NCBI GenBank assembly: GCA_010405405.1
Contig: MU004230.1
Location: 2,266,627 to 2,330,626 of the forward strand
Direction of reading: 5' to 3'
Length of the DNA: 64,000 nucleotides
Origin: Microthyrium microscopicum
Lineage: Eukaryota
Shown: positions 61,538 through 64,000 of the stretch, one piece after another
Numbering within the stretch: position 1 is the stretch's first letter
How the letters are laid out: the number at the start of each line of letters is the position of its first letter
Program-made: the position numbers and the translations under genes
Notes under the pieces: model-generated
What the model was told of the DNA's origin: nothing
What the model saw: the letters and a program-made list of their open reading frames with translations, nothing else
Databases searched by the model: none

Positions 61538-63808
61538 ATGGCCCCGAAAGATATAACTATCCAAATGACTTCCTTAGAGGATATAGGCCATGCAAGGGCC
61601 ACAGGTGCTACAGCAGCCTTAGGGAACAACTCGCCTACTGCATATACTGGAGGAACTCTCTCCAATGAAGGTCTTCGAAGAAGAGGAAGATACACGAAGC
61701 TCTCGGATGAAAGCGATCACGAAGACTCGCAAACCAGTAAATTGCAAGGATTCGTATACCGTATAACTGGCTCTACGATACTTAGACGCCTTCTCCTATA
61801 CTACCTGCCGCCTGCATTGGTCCTCTTGATCGTGGTAGTCATTTTTCTGACGGCCGCCAAAAACGCTCGGATTGGAGACATTCATATGGTGGGCCTTTTT
61901 GTCTGGTTAGAAGTCATATGGGCAACAATTTGGGTCGCTTGGGCAATTGCATATATATTCCCATTTGTCTTCCAATATTTCGGTGGATTTATCAGCCATG
62001 GTGCTCGCCACTTCACCGGAATCCTCAAAGCCGTATTGATACCAATGACTGCCTTCATCTGGGCTTTGCTAAGTCGAGCGGCTACACCAGTGCTGTGTGT
62101 TTTTGATGATATCGATCCTGGAAAATGCGACGACGATTGGGTCCTTGTGATCCGAAAAGCTCTTTTAGCCACCATCGGCTGTACTGGGTTATATTTTATT
62201 GAGAAGATTCTCATTCATTTGCTTACAGTCAACTATCGCAAGCGACAATTCAAAACCAGACTGGACGAAAGCAAGAGGATCATTCGAATTTTAGCACTCA
62301 TGTATGAAGCTTCATTGAAGCTGTACCCCGGTTTTTGCGCTCGTTTCGTGGAGGAAGATCATAAAATCCACCGGACGCAGACACAGACAAGGATCCAGCT
62401 GGCACGAGAAGAGAGATCGCGATTGCGCCAGAAAGTTAGCAAGTTTTACGGAGAAGAGGCAATGGCGGAAACCTTGAGTCGACTACAAGGAAAGGAAGTT
62501 CTTAAGCCAGGATCACCACGCTCGGTTGTTCTTAGAGCATTAGAGACAGAGAAAGCCTCAGAGGCCCTGGCCCGTCGGCTATGGCTATCTTTCACCTTGG
62601 AAAAGGATATGGTCACAGAAGCTGATATTGCACGAATCCTAGGACCAGATCGAGAAGACGATGCTCTTGACATTTTTCTCGAATTGGACAAGGACGAAAA
62701 TGGCGATATCAGTATGGAAGAAATGATACTGCTCGTGACACAGTTCAGTCAAAACAGGCATAGTATCGAGCAGAGCATGCATGATATTGGCCAAGCCGTA
62801 AAGAGCTTGGATAGAATACTGGAAGTTGTTCTTCTGTTCTTGTCGACCCTGATTTATGGTAGGTCATAATATATCTGCTCGAACCTAGGTTACTAACTTC
62901 AACAGTTGCTGTATTTGATGCCAGAGGTTTCACTAGCTTAACCACCGTTTGGACTAGCATTGCAGCAGCTTCATTCGCCATTGCCGGAACAGTACAGGAG
63001 TTTCTAGGTTCGCTCGTCTTCATATTCATCAAGCATCCATATGATGTTGGCGATCGCGTGGATATCAATAAAGAACAGCTTATTGTAGAGCACATTTCCC
63101 TGCTTTTCACAATCTTCCGTCAGATTGATACTGGCGGAACGGTTCAAATACCAAACATTGTCAACAATACGCAATTGATAAGGAATATATCGCGAAGCCG
63201 GGCCATGATGGAGCGGTACGATTTTGCCATAAGTCCAAAGACCAAGTTCTTCCAGATTGAGAACTTGAAAAGTGAACTCCAAGTAAGTTATAAACTTTCA
63301 AGCCAGAACCCTTCCCTAATTTCGAACTAGAAATTCGTTCTTGAGCCACAAAATAAGCGGGACTATCAATCAAAGATTGATATAGAAGTAATGTCCATTG
63401 GAAACATGGAAAAATTGTGTCTGCGTGTTGAAATATGCATGAAGGTAACGTTATCTGTCCATAATCTGTTTAATTGTTAAATTCTTTTTATAGTCAAACT
63501 TTGCGAACGAGACTCTTTATGCCATGCGACGCTCCAAGTTCATGTGTGCTCTCTTTGCCGCAATGAAGAAACATTCAATCAGCAAACCTTGGGGAGGCAA
63601 ACCACCCGATGCTGGATCTTGGGAGAATCCAGCTTACACCGTCACTTTAACGGACACTGAAGCAAAGGAAGCTCGTGAGGGCTGGGAAGAGCGAGAGGAG
63701 AAAGACCGTGCAAAGAAATTGGAGAAATTATGGTGGGATGGCCTTGCTAAAGAAAAATCAAAAGAAAATAAACCAGTGAAGGACAAACCAACAGAGGAGA
63801 AGCTATGA
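61538..63808 (+). CDS. MscS-family mechanosensitive channel with EF-hand
   Basis: Multiple TM segments, LARRLWLSF, EF-hand LDKDENGDISMEEM, FIKHPYDVGDRV, VQIPN and NISRS. Introns 62859-62905, 63283-63330 and 63445-63493. Confidence 0.9.
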
Positions 63809-64000
63809 GGGCGGGTCTACAAGAATTAAGATTTTTGAGCCACCAAAGTAATGCTTCGGTGGAACTTCCTACCAAGATAGCTTTACTCTAGTTTTTATCT
63901 CCAGAATCATACACCAAAGATCTTCGACCTTCCATTCCCTTTTCAAGAGTCGCTTTAACCATCTCAACAACTTTCTTGGACTGGAAAGCGACCCCTAGTT

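Overview
Intron-containing nuclear DNA from a filamentous ascomycete: short GT-AG introns with CTAAC-type branch points, and RIP-like C-to-T decay of repeats. I reconstructed about 23 protein genes by hand. Most are housekeeping or secreted enzymes: AA9 LPMO, CAB4, quercetinase, a calponin-homology protein, an NDUFA12-family protein, an NTF2-like protein, a RIB2-type deaminase, a DnaJ protein, an S10 carboxypeptidase, EMI1, a metacaspase, MET16, SEC2, YME1, GPI18, a PCL cyclin and an MscS channel. There are also two MITE-like elements and one RIP-decayed pogo/Tc1-mariner transposon. The main signal is an accessory block at about 11.9-18.1 kb. It holds a spliced gene that the ORF track splits and hides, encoding an apparently catalytically complete GIY-YIG nuclease domain fused to about 9 C2H2/C2HC zinc fingers, i.e. 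a candidate natural zinc-finger nuclease. Directly upstream are a decayed tandem paralog and an intronless F-box-like gene. Other points of interest are a tandem pair of orphan paralogs (41-44 kb), a small secreted Gly/Arg/Tyr peptide behind a run of 11 X-Ala/X-Pro dipeptides, and an intron whose read-through encodes a Trp-rich tail. All family assignments come from motif recognition, not database searches.
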